Origin: Candidatus Binatia bacterium
GTDB taxonomy: Bacteria > Desulfobacterota > Binatia > UBA9968
Length of the DNA stretch: 64,000 nt
Direction: 5' to 3'
NCBI GenBank assembly: GCA_046757725.1
Contig: JBHHYU010000001.1
Coordinates: 25,548 to 89,547, forward strand
The notes under the pieces are model-generated. The model saw nothing but the letters and a program-made list of their open reading frames with translations. It made no database searches and had not been told where the DNA came from. A program made the translations under genes and the position numbers. Positions 41,549 through 50,196 of this stretch are shown piece by piece; the stretch's first letter is position 1, and each line of letters opens with the position of its first letter.

Positions 41549-41578
41549 AGCGGGTCCTCTCCTTTTTCCGTTTTCTTC

Positions 41579-42535
41579 TTAGTAGATGCCATGCCGTGCC
41601 CAGTTTATGTAATGTTCCACCCCGCGGTAGGCATCGTATTCCGGCACAAAACCCGTCTCTTCCCGAATCCGGGAAATATCCAGAGAGGCATTGATATCCA
41701 TGGGGGTTTTAGTCGAGGTCAACGGTCCTGATTTGTCACCTAGTTGGATTGCTGCCTCAGGCAGGATTCTTCCGATTGCATCGGCAAACTGGCTAATGCT
41801 CACCAGACTGCCGAAACCGACGTTGTAAATTCGATGGTGCAACATCGGGGCCTTCAGCAGCAGGACAAGTCCCCGGGCTGCATCCTTGACATAGATAAAA
41901 TCATGGGCTTCAGCCGGATCGTACTGCTCCAATGCCGTCGGGATTCCATTGACAGCATTGGCCAGCATGAGTCCCGGAAGGTTCCGGATGCCCTGATACA
42001 GTGGTCCGTAAAGACGGCTCAGCCGGACCGAGATGACTTCCAGGCCATGCTCTTTACCGTACATAAGGCAGATAATTTCCCCGGCTTTTTTGGTTCCAGG
42101 AATGAAACGGTCCGAGGTAATAAACAACTTTTCTTCTTCCTTAAAAGGCGTCGTGTCCGGCATTCCTTGATATACGGCTTCCGAACTGATGAAGATCACC
42201 CTTTTAATCGCGGCGCGGTGCGCGGCTTCCAGCACATTGATGGTTCCGGTGATATTCACTTCCATAGCCTGGAAAAGAGGCGTATTCCCCTTTTCGGAAC
42301 GAATCGCCGCATGGACAATGCTCTTCACACCGAATTCCCGGATCGTTTGAGAAACGTTTTCTAGGGAGGTTATGTCGAGCGGGGTGACTTTAAGAGACTT
42401 GTTTACAAAGGGAACCAGGAGGGGAGGGACTTCACTTTTGCGATTGCTTGTCAGCAGAACACTTTCCCCGCGATCACAGAGGAGCTTCGCTAAATTAACT
42501 CCGAGAAACCCCAGACCGCCTGTGATCATGATCAT
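41579..42535 (-). CDS. NAD-dependent epimerase/dehydratase (extended SDR)
   Basis: 318-aa ORF. The N-terminal ITGGLGFLG Rossmann motif matches extended-SDR epimerase/dehydratase proteins; I did not locate a catalytic YxxxK. Confidence 0.8.
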   Translation of the reverse strand: MIMITGGLGFLGVNLAKLLCDRGESVLLTSNRKSEVPPLLVPFVNKSLKVTPLDITSLENVSQTIREFGVKSIVHAAIRSEKGNTPLFQAMEVNITGTINVLEAAHRAAIKRVIFISSEAVYQGMPDTTPFKEEEKLFITSDRFIPGTKKAGEIICLMYGKEHGLEVISVRLSRLYGPLYQGIRNLPGLMLANAVNGIPTALEQYDPAEAHDFIYVKDAARGLVLLLKAPMLHHRIYNVGFGSLVSISQFADAIGRILPEAAIQLGDKSGPLTSTKTPMDINASLDISRIREETGFVPEYDAYRGVEHYINWARHGIY

Positions 42536-42580
42536 AGCCCACCTCGTGAGATGCCGGGGAGCAATCTGGGCACGCAGAAG

Positions 42581-43690
42581 TCACAGGACAATCAACTCAT
42601 CTCCCACTTGGTTTAACCTCAGATTGTTCTTCTCGGTGATCAAGTAAGTCTCGCCCCAGAGAAGTGAGCTTTTTCCTTTTCCAGGGCAGGGGTGAACGAT
42701 AAAAACCATGCCAGGAACAATTTCGGTATCATTTTTTGGTGAAGGCCGATCCTCGACCATATCGATGCCTACGATGTGGCCGTAAATCGGGATGTAGTCC
42801 AGACCCGATCTCTTTATGGACTCTTCCATCACGGCCATAGGCTTGGAAACCTTGAAGCCGGGCTTCAAGTATTTGAGGGCTTCCTTGATTGCTCGGAGAG
42901 AGGCCTGATGCATTTTTACCAGCATTTTGTCGGGCTTCCCCAAGGAAACAGCTCTGGCTAATTGAGTCCAGTACCCTCCGTAGCAAGCTGTCAGTTCTAT
43001 AAAAACCATCCCTTTGTTGCCTATCTTTCTTCCCGAGGGAGGGTAGGCATCGATCTTGGGCCCCTGTGAAATGATATTGAAGGTTTTTTCTACCCCACGG
43101 CTCTTGAGCAGGTAGTCCATGTGTGCGACAACTTCCCATTCCGTCTTCCCTGATTTTATGTGCTTTATGCCTTGTCTGAAGGCCAGATCTACGAGGCCAG
43201 CCGACCTCTTGACCAAGCGGACCTCCTCAGATGTCCTGTAGGCCCGCAACTGTTTTAAAAGCAGACCAAACTCAACCAACCGCAGCTCCGGGAAAGACTC
43301 TGCAATCTTCTCACCCCACAGGAATGGGAACCGATCCAGCCCATCGATTCCCACTGTCGAATGATCCAGATGCTTCTCTTCCAGGATTTCCAGCAGAGTT
43401 TGAAAAAAATTAGAACTCAGCCTCACGTCATCGACCCAGGAATATTTTTTCGCCCTCATGGTCTGGAATCTCGATTCCACGAGCATGATTGGTTGCTCCT
43501 GTGCGTTTCTAAAGAAGATGAGAACCAGAGGGATGTTTATATTGGGAAAATCGGTGAGAAAGCGAAAACCGGCTCCATCGCCTCGGATCGCACTGGAACC
43601 CCGTAGAAGCACAGCGTCCACGGATTGTTCCTTCATCCGTTGTCGCAGCGATTGATAGCGCCTCTCTTTCTCTCGGTTAGAAAGGAACAT
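42581..43690 (-). CDS. M24 family hydrolase (creatinase/Xaa-Pro peptidase-like)
   Basis: 369-aa ORF with a creatinase-like N-domain and a pita-bread C-domain (HIVGIDMVE, PGMVFIVHP). Confidence 0.7.
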   Translation of the reverse strand: MFLSNREKERRYQSLRQRMKEQSVDAVLLRGSSAIRGDGAGFRFLTDFPNINIPLVLIFFRNAQEQPIMLVESRFQTMRAKKYSWVDDVRLSSNFFQTLLEILEEKHLDHSTVGIDGLDRFPFLWGEKIAESFPELRLVEFGLLLKQLRAYRTSEEVRLVKRSAGLVDLAFRQGIKHIKSGKTEWEVVAHMDYLLKSRGVEKTFNIISQGPKIDAYPPSGRKIGNKGMVFIELTACYGGYWTQLARAVSLGKPDKMLVKMHQASLRAIKEALKYLKPGFKVSKPMAVMEESIKRSGLDYIPIYGHIVGIDMVEDRPSPKNDTEIVPGMVFIVHPCPGKGKSSLLWGETYLITEKNNLRLNQVGDELIVL

Positions 43691-44037
43691 ACCTCCCCCC
43701 TCTGACTTCTTATCGTGCCTCGCAGTTTTTTAGAGAACCGGTCTTAGACATCCCATGTAATCAATGGCTTCATGCCTTCGATAAAGCGCCCTTTCTGGTA
43801 GGTCATGCATCTTTCCTATAATCATGTACGGAACGGAATCAAAAGCGGCACTACGATTTCATCAGCCGAGAAAATACGGGTGAAAACTCAAGGTAAGCAA
43901 CATCGCGTTATGGTTGGGGAGGCTGTGTAAAAGAATGGATTCCGAGCTTTACCGTTGAAAAAAACTAAGCTGCCGACTGAAACGGGCTCCTGTCTTTCGA
44001 CCCGGAGTCACTGAATCGCCCACTGAGGAAAGGATTT

Positions 44038-44496
44038 TTAGGGCTCGCGGGCCTGCAGAACCTCTCCGGCAAAGTTGGTTACCCGATCCAACCGGATAAC
44101 GACCGCCGCGCCTTTGCACTCCGGATCCTTCTCCATCTCCGGCTTGACCACCCTTGCCATGACCTGTTCTCTGATGGGCCCGCTCTGATGAACCGTGGCC
44201 GTGCCATGGAATCTCCAGGCGAGCCGGGCACCGGCGTTTCTAAAGAGCACAACAACATGCGGGTTCTCTGAGAGGTTTTTGGCATGTTGTCGACGTGTAC
44301 GCTCCCAGTAGGCTAGAGATTGGTTGTCGAACACCATCATACTACCCTTGTATCCGATATCGGGTTCTCCGCCAGCTGAGCCCGTGGCGATAAGGCAAGG
44401 ACACTTATTAGCCAGGGCGTTGTCGACCGCTTCGCGCATCTCGTCTGTTAGAGCAATCATGTGCGCGATACTATGAAAGGAAGGATATAAAGTCAA
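44038..44496 (-). CDS. Pyridoxamine 5'-phosphate oxidase-family (FMN-binding split barrel) protein
   Basis: 152-aa ORF with general PNPOx-like split-barrel sequence character. Called from recalled family resemblance only. Confidence 0.55.
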   Translation of the reverse strand: MTLYPSFHSIAHMIALTDEMREAVDNALANKCPCLIATGSAGGEPDIGYKGSMMVFDNQSLAYWERTRRQHAKNLSENPHVVVLFRNAGARLAWRFHGTATVHQSGPIREQVMARVVKPEMEKDPECKGAAVVIRLDRVTNFAGEVLQAREP

Positions 44497-44528
44497 GCCC
44501 GGCTGACAGGATTCGGTGCATTCGCCTT

Positions 44529-45281
44529 TTATACCGGCCAGCTTTCCAGGCGGTAGGCTTGATCCCAGAAGAGAAGCTCATAACGGCTGCTGAGGATAAA
44601 ATGGGAGAGCATAACCTGTTTCTCCGCGCGTCCGGCCATGCCCCCCAAATGATCCATTAATTGCATTTGCTCTCGCACCGGCCGCCAATAATCTTCGGTG
44701 GCGTACGTCTCGATCCATTCACGGTATATTTTTGGACTCCTAGGGCGTTGTTTGTAGAGTCTCTTTCCAACCTCCCCATAGATCCAATAGCAGGGGAGCA
44801 CAGCTGCAACGATCTCCCCCAAGCTTCCGCCTCGGGCTACCGCTTGCAGATGCCCGGTATAGGCTTCAGTGATGGGCCCCTTGGGTATGCTGTCGAGTTG
44901 CTTTTGGGAAAGCCCTAACTTCTTTCCATATCCGGCATGAAAACTTCTTTCTACTTCGACAGCAATCAGGGCGTGGCGAGTAAAAATTTCTAAAGTCTTG
45001 AGATCCGGCGACTTGGCACCGCCCAGACACAGGACTTGGGCAAAGTCGAGGAGGTAGAGGTAGTCTTGGAGCATGAAATAGGAAAAACGGCTCATGGGGA
45101 GGGTCCCAGCCTGAAGCTCCACGAGAAAGGGATGGGTATGGATGACACACCAGATTTTATCTGCCCGATGCCTTAGCTCTTCGCTGAAACGTTTTCCCGC
45201 CTTATAAGCTGCCCTGCCCGAAACCCTGCCAGGCGCTTCGATTCTTGACCTTGGCTTTCCGATCGCAGAAGTTTTATTCAT
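44529..45281 (-). CDS. TenA/thiaminase II family protein
   Basis: 250-aa ORF. HPFLVELQAGTLPMSRFSYFMLQDYLYL and C-terminal LPCYWIYGEVG are typical of TenA/Thi-4 (heme-oxygenase-like fold). Confidence 0.75.
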   Translation of the reverse strand: MNKTSAIGKPRSRIEAPGRVSGRAAYKAGKRFSEELRHRADKIWCVIHTHPFLVELQAGTLPMSRFSYFMLQDYLYLLDFAQVLCLGGAKSPDLKTLEIFTRHALIAVEVERSFHAGYGKKLGLSQKQLDSIPKGPITEAYTGHLQAVARGGSLGEIVAAVLPCYWIYGEVGKRLYKQRPRSPKIYREWIETYATEDYWRPVREQMQLMDHLGGMAGRAEKQVMLSHFILSSRYELLFWDQAYRLESWPV

Positions 45282-45295
45282 GCCTTGTTTCCTTC

Positions 45296-45324
45296 TTGCA
45301 GTTTACGCAAATTCTTTCTATAAC
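45296..45324 (+). promoter_or_regulatory. Sigma70-like promoter candidate upstream of the [2Fe-2S] subunit gene
   Basis: TTGCAG (45296-45301), 17-nt spacer, TATAAC (45319-45324). Confidence 0.3.
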
Positions 45325-45395
45325 ATACCGTCGTTGGGTTTTCACTCCGTTAGAGCCCTTGAAAAAGCTCAAGCCGGTGACAGAAAGGAAAAGGA

Positions 45396-45863
45396 ATGAA
45401 AAAGCAGATCCGCATGCGCGTCAACGGGAAACGAGTCGAATTAGAAGTACCGACCAACCGTCTTCTAGTGGACTGTCTACGCTACGACCTGGGACTGACC
45501 GGGACCAAAGAAGGTTGCAGCGTCGGCGTCTGCGGGGCCTGTACAGTGCTGATGGACGGAGAGATGGTAAGCTCTTGCCTCGCCCTCGCCGTGTTCGCCG
45601 ACGGTCACAAGATCATAACCGTCGAAGGGTTGGCCAAGAATGAGGAACTACTTCCGGTTCAGAAGAGCTTCATACGATACGGAGGATTTCAGTGCGGGAT
45701 CTGTACTCCTGGCCAGGTAGTAGCGGCGAAGGCGTTGCTAGACGAGATCCCCAAGCCCAGCGAAGAGCAGATCAAGGAATGGATGATGGGAAATCTTTGT
45801 CGCTGCACCGGCTATTACAAGATTATCGAGTCGATTAAAAAGGCGCACCAGTTCGCTAAATAA
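45396..45863 (+). CDS. [2Fe-2S]-binding small subunit of a molybdenum hydroxylase (CoxS/XdhC-iron-sulfur type)
   Basis: 155-aa ORF with both cluster motifs (GCSVGVCGACTV and FQCGICTPG...CRCTGY). Confidence 0.9.
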   Translation: MKKQIRMRVNGKRVELEVPTNRLLVDCLRYDLGLTGTKEGCSVGVCGACTVLMDGEMVSSCLALAVFADGHKIITVEGLAKNEELLPVQKSFIRYGGFQCGICTPGQVVAAKALLDEIPKPSEEQIKEWMMGNLCRCTGYYKIIESIKKAHQFAK

Positions 45864-45873
45864 GGACAAGAGC

Positions 45874-46791
45874 ATGATAGCTTTCGAATACCGTACCCCT
45901 AAAAGTCTCAAGGAAATTCACCAGAATCTAAAAGAGTTCGGCACCGAGGCTAAACTTATCGCCGGCGGTACAGCTCTCGTTATCATGATGAGACAGCGCC
46001 TCGTACGGCCTACCTGTTTGATCAGTTTGCGCTCCGTACGTGGGTTAAACGGCATCACCCAAAAAGACGGTAGCCTTCGAATCGGTAGTCGGGTAACCCA
46101 CCGCGAGGTGGAGACTTCTCCGCTAGTGCGCCGTCGAGTGCCGCTGCTTGTTGAGACTTATCGGCATGTGGCCACGATCCGTGTGCGCAATATGGCTACG
46201 GTCGGGGGAGGGCTAGCGCATGCCGATCCCAATCAAGATCCACCTCCTACGTTGATCGTCTTGGGTGCAACCGTCAAAGTGAGTTCGATCAATGGCAGCA
46301 GGAACATCCCCATCGAGGACTTTTTTACCGACTATTATGAAACCCGGCTTGAGCCGGAGGAGATCATCTCTGAAGTGTCTATCCCCCGCTTGCCGGCCAA
46401 CAGTGGAGGTGCGTTTCTGAAGTTTCTTCCCCGCACTGCGGATGACTATGCCACGGTTTCCGCCGCGGCCGCAGTCACCTTGGATCGCGCCAAGAAGAAA
46501 TTTGTGGATGTGCGCATCGCTCTCGGAAGTGTCGGGACGACACCGATCCGCGCGGGAGAGGCTGAGGCAGTCTTGCGCGGGCAGCCGGTGAAACGCGAAG
46601 CGCTCCGTGAAGCTGCAGAGAAGGCCAAAGAGGCCGTGGATCCTCTCAGTGATTTTCGTGGCTCGGCGGCCTATAAAAAGGATATGGCCGGCGTGTTTGT
46701 TCGCCGTGCCCTAGAGAAGGCGCTGGATGACCTGCGTACAAAAAGCAAGGTCGGAAGAGGTGGCCTGAGACCAAAAAGGAGGAAAAGGTGA
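45874..46791 (+). CDS. FAD-binding medium subunit of a molybdenum hydroxylase (CoxM type)
   Basis: 305-aa ORF. AGGTALV FAD motif and a CO-dehydrogenase flavoprotein C-terminal domain. Confidence 0.85.
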   Translation: MIAFEYRTPKSLKEIHQNLKEFGTEAKLIAGGTALVIMMRQRLVRPTCLISLRSVRGLNGITQKDGSLRIGSRVTHREVETSPLVRRRVPLLVETYRHVATIRVRNMATVGGGLAHADPNQDPPPTLIVLGATVKVSSINGSRNIPIEDFFTDYYETRLEPEEIISEVSIPRLPANSGGAFLKFLPRTADDYATVSAAAAVTLDRAKKKFVDVRIALGSVGTTPIRAGEAEAVLRGQPVKREALREAAEKAKEAVDPLSDFRGSAAYKKDMAGVFVRRALEKALDDLRTKSKVGRGGLRPKRRKR

Positions 46792-47240
46792 AGTTTAACC
46801 AAAGTGCGGTTATTCCAATGGCCCGCGAGCCGCTGTGGGATTTTCTCATGGATGTTCCCAAGGTAGCCACTTCACTCCCCGGAGTAGAGTCGGTTACCCG
46901 GATTGACGGTACCACCTATCAGGGACAATTGAAGGTGCGCGTGGGCCCCATTTCCCTTAATCTACAGGGAAAGATCATTGTGGAAGAGCAGGACCAAGAG
47001 AATTGGCGCGCCACGCTACGGGCTGAAGCAAACGACCGTAGGGCTGCGGGAGCGGTCAAAGGTAAAACCAGTATGGAACTCAAGGAAATCAACTCCAAGG
47101 AGACGGAACTCCTCGTCGAGACCGATGTCAGTATCTTGGGCAAGATCGGTGAGTTTGGTCAACCGATCATCCGCAGGAAGGCGGACGCTATGCTCAAAGA
47201 GTTTGTGGAAAACATAAAGAAACAGGTCGGTGGAAATTAA
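46788..47240 (+). CDS. SRPBCC-fold CoxG family protein
   Basis: 150-aa ORF overlapping the medium subunit gene by 4 nt, with CoxG-like sequence (VESVTRIDGTTYQGQLKVRVGPISLNLQGK). Confidence 0.75.
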   Translation: MKFNQSAVIPMAREPLWDFLMDVPKVATSLPGVESVTRIDGTTYQGQLKVRVGPISLNLQGKIIVEEQDQENWRATLRAEANDRRAAGAVKGKTSMELKEINSKETELLVETDVSILGKIGEFGQPIIRRKADAMLKEFVENIKKQVGGN

Positions 47241-47510
47241 GACAACGTCCGTGCCTATTTTCCTTTCTCCAACGAAACGTATCGCGCTGGGCAGGGTCCG
47301 AGAAACCGACTATTCGCCTGATAGATCGGTTAAGGGTTCCTTGAGGCCTGGTTCGAGACCGGACATAACCTCAGTTTTTCCGTCTTGACTCTGCTCTGTG
47401 CTCAGCAGGTAGAGGATTGGGCAGCCGGCGCCAGGATTATTGACGTGATACAAGTAACCCGCCGGATAGGCACCGCCTGGCGCTGGGTAAGCTTGGATTC
47501 CTCTACCTTT

Positions 47511-48272
47511 CTAGCGGTGGTTCCAACGGGGCTTTCTCTTCTCTAAAAAAGCCAGTACGCCTTCCTCTACATCCTCTGTTCTTAGCAATTCATTGAGATA
47601 GATCTCCTCGGCTCTTTTCAGGTTTTCAGGGAAATTTTTCAAAGAGATCTCCCGTAACCCTTTGAGTGCGATCCGTAACACCACACCGCTTTTCCCTTTA
47701 AGCTCATCTAAAACATTCTCCAGGGCTTGGTCCAGCTCGCCCACGGGCACCATACGGTTGATCAGACCTATCGCTAGGGCCTCCTCGGCAGAGATCCTAC
47801 GGCCTGTGAGAATCATCTCTGCGGCCCGGTGATAGCCGAGCTGAGACGGAAAACGAGCCATGGCAACCGGAGGATAACAGCCGACATCGATCTCCGGAGT
47901 AGCAAAGTGACTCTCCTCCGAGGCTAAAATGAAGTCGCAGGAGCTCGCCAGCTCGCAACCCCCGCCAAGACAGGCCCCTTGTACCAGGGCTATGGTGACT
48001 TGGGGGAGGCTCAAAAGTTTATGGATCACGCCGTGAACGACCTCGAGCATCTCTGGCACCTTCTGCTTGGTGTGATCCGTGATGTCCACCCCCGCAGAGA
48101 AGGCCCTTTCACCAGCTCCACGGACCACCAGAAAATCAACCGCATGGTCCCCGGCTATGGAGTCCAGAGTTTCCCTAAGCTCCCGTAACATGGAAAGATT
48201 CAGAACGTTGAGGGGTGCACGATTGAGTGTAACCGAAGCTACTCGGTCTCTCAGTTCCAGTGTTATATTCAT
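47511..48272 (-). CDS. Enoyl-CoA hydratase/isomerase family protein
   Basis: 253-aa crotonase-fold ORF (VVRGAGERAFSAGVD, ALVQGACLGGGCELA). Confidence 0.85.
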   Translation of the reverse strand: MNITLELRDRVASVTLNRAPLNVLNLSMLRELRETLDSIAGDHAVDFLVVRGAGERAFSAGVDITDHTKQKVPEMLEVVHGVIHKLLSLPQVTIALVQGACLGGGCELASSCDFILASEESHFATPEIDVGCYPPVAMARFPSQLGYHRAAEMILTGRRISAEEALAIGLINRMVPVGELDQALENVLDELKGKSGVVLRIALKGLREISLKNFPENLKRAEEIYLNELLRTEDVEEGVLAFLEKRKPRWNHR

Positions 48273-48517
48273 AACAACAAGAGGGGCTCAACGGTTCTCT
48301 GCCTGAGTCGGTCAGCAGGGTTTCCAGGAAACACAGACTAAAACAACCCGTGGGTCGAACTAGTTTGGTTTTTACCGGAAAAGCTTTCTTCTATTAAAAC
48401 AGCCCACCATTTTTTTACAAGTGCCTCCTTACTTCTCTTCGTTACTCTGTTTGACAAACCAAAATTAAAATTCTAGCTTATACTATGTCCTTTTTTCAAA
48501 ATTCTAAGGAGGATCCT

Positions 48518-49294
48518 ATGAAGCCATCCCGCCTTCTCATGGTTTTAATGGTCTTATGGCTAGCTCTATTTTCCCTACCAGATCGGGCTTTGGCCGATGA
48601 GTACGATGATAGTCAATCTCACCCACTTAGGATCATTGCCTATGTACTCCATCCCTTCGGTGTCCTAGCGGAATGGGTAGTAGCTAGACCGCTGCACTCT
48701 CTTGTGAGCGCCAATAAGGATCTTGAATACGTCTTCGGCCACAAACCCCATCCGCCGATGTTCGATGAGCACGGGACCTCCGCCGACTATGGTGTCACAA
48801 GGCAGACTTTAATGGGGCCGATGGCAACTGCAAGGGAGGCCGGATCCCAAGAATCGACTGCAGAAAAAATCGTCATCAAAGAGGTCCCGGTAGAGAAAAT
48901 TGTCATCAAAGAGGTCCCAAAGATAGTCCACGTAGAAAAGACGATCGAAGTCGAAAAATTCGTTCTTCCAGAAGTTGCTTTTCGTTTTGATTCGACCGAT
49001 CTGACTGATCTTGGCATAGGAAGAATCTACCTTGCAGCCCAAAAACTCAAAGAGAAATCAAACATCGTCGTTGTGCTGGAAGGGCATGCCGATTTCATTG
49101 GGAGTGAGGAATACAACCGCAGGCTTGGGCTCCGCCGAGCAGAGACAGTTATGCAACAGTTGGTGGAGATGGGTATAGACCCGGAGCGGATGTCGGTGGC
49201 TAGCCTGGGTGAGTCGAAACCGATGATTGGACAGAAAACCGATTGGGCACGAGCCATCAATCGCCGGGTCGAGATTAGAGTCAAGGCGCCTTGA
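48518..49294 (+). CDS. OmpA-family (peptidoglycan-associated) protein
   Basis: Signal peptide MKPSRLLMVLMVLWLALF after an AAGGAGGA SD, and a C-terminal OmpA_C domain (LEGHADFIGSEEYNRRLGLRRAETV..NRRVEIRV). ATG 48518 is preferred to 48485. Confidence 0.85.
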   Translation: MKPSRLLMVLMVLWLALFSLPDRALADEYDDSQSHPLRIIAYVLHPFGVLAEWVVARPLHSLVSANKDLEYVFGHKPHPPMFDEHGTSADYGVTRQTLMGPMATAREAGSQESTAEKIVIKEVPVEKIVIKEVPKIVHVEKTIEVEKFVLPEVAFRFDSTDLTDLGIGRIYLAAQKLKEKSNIVVVLEGHADFIGSEEYNRRLGLRRAETVMQQLVEMGIDPERMSVASLGESKPMIGQKTDWARAINRRVEIRVKAP

Positions 49295-49315
49295 ATAGGA
49301 ACACCCTGAATGTAG

Positions 49316-49353
49316 AAGGCCCAGCCGAAGCATTACGGTTGGGCCTTTTTTTT
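49316..49353 (+). terminator. Rho-independent terminator after the ompA-like gene
   Basis: 12-bp stem AAGGCCCAGCCG / CGGTTGGGCCTT (one G-U pair), an 8-nt loop, then a T8 run. Confidence 0.8.
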
Positions 49354-49384
49354 GCTGTCTCTCCCCTTTATTCTAACACGTGTT

Positions 49385-49993
49385 ATGACTTACCGTCCTA
49401 AAGATCTCTTTTATCACAAGGCGAAAAAAGAGGGCTATCGCTCCCGTGCAGCCTACAAGCTTCTAGAGCTCAACCGCCGCTTTAATCTCATAAAGCCGGG
49501 AGATCGAGTGGTAGACCTTGGGGCTGCGCCTGGCGGCTGGCTTCAGATCGCATCCCAGCTCACAGGACCGAAAGGCAAGGTCGTGGGAATTGATATCCAA
49601 TCCATTAAGGCCTTCAAAGACCGGAATATCTTTCTCCTGAGGGGGGATATTACCTCAGGAGAAAGTCAAATGAAAATACAGACGCTTTTGGGATCCTCGG
49701 CGGACTGTGTGCTCTCTGATCTCGCTCCCCGTTTGACCGGTATTCGCCATGCGGATGTCCATCGCTCTATAGAGCTCGCTCGCATCGGTTTTGAGATTGC
49801 CCGTCGTCTGCTCCGGCCTGGAGGAAACTTTCTCGTCAAGACGTTTATCGGAGAAGAAATGAAAATTTTTTCACTGGAGCTTGCAGCGTGTTTCCGATCT
49901 GTTCAGGGAACCCGCCCCGTAGCCACTCGTAAAGGCTCCTCCGAAATTTACTTCTGCGTAAAGGGGTTTAAAAAAGCGGCGGATAGCGATTAA
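49385..49993 (+). CDS. rlmE: 23S rRNA (uridine2552-2'-O)-methyltransferase
   Basis: FtsJ motifs RSRAAYKLLEL and VVDLGAAPGGW. ATG 49385 is preferred because the track start TTG 49352 lies inside the upstream terminator T-tract. Confidence 0.88.
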   Translation: MTYRPKDLFYHKAKKEGYRSRAAYKLLELNRRFNLIKPGDRVVDLGAAPGGWLQIASQLTGPKGKVVGIDIQSIKAFKDRNIFLLRGDITSGESQMKIQTLLGSSADCVLSDLAPRLTGIRHADVHRSIELARIGFEIARRLLRPGGNFLVKTFIGEEMKIFSLELAACFRSVQGTRPVATRKGSSEIYFCVKGFKKAADSD

Positions 49994-50196
49994 CAGGGCT
50001 TTCCGATCCACCAATGCTTCTTACTCCTTAAGGGCTCTTTCTGACATTTCTCGGAAACCCTGACCCGAGTTTTCTGGAGAGCAGGGGTGCTCCGACAGTT
50101 CATTGCATGGCTAGGGAAGCCGGCTATTTGATGGAGCTGGCAAGGAAGATTCTTCTTTCCCTTACGGGCCATCCTATATACTTCCATATTGCGCGG

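Noticed and set aside
41744-42364. 206-aa plus-strand ORF
   Set aside because: It is antisense to the well-supported epimerase/dehydratase gene and has no motifs.
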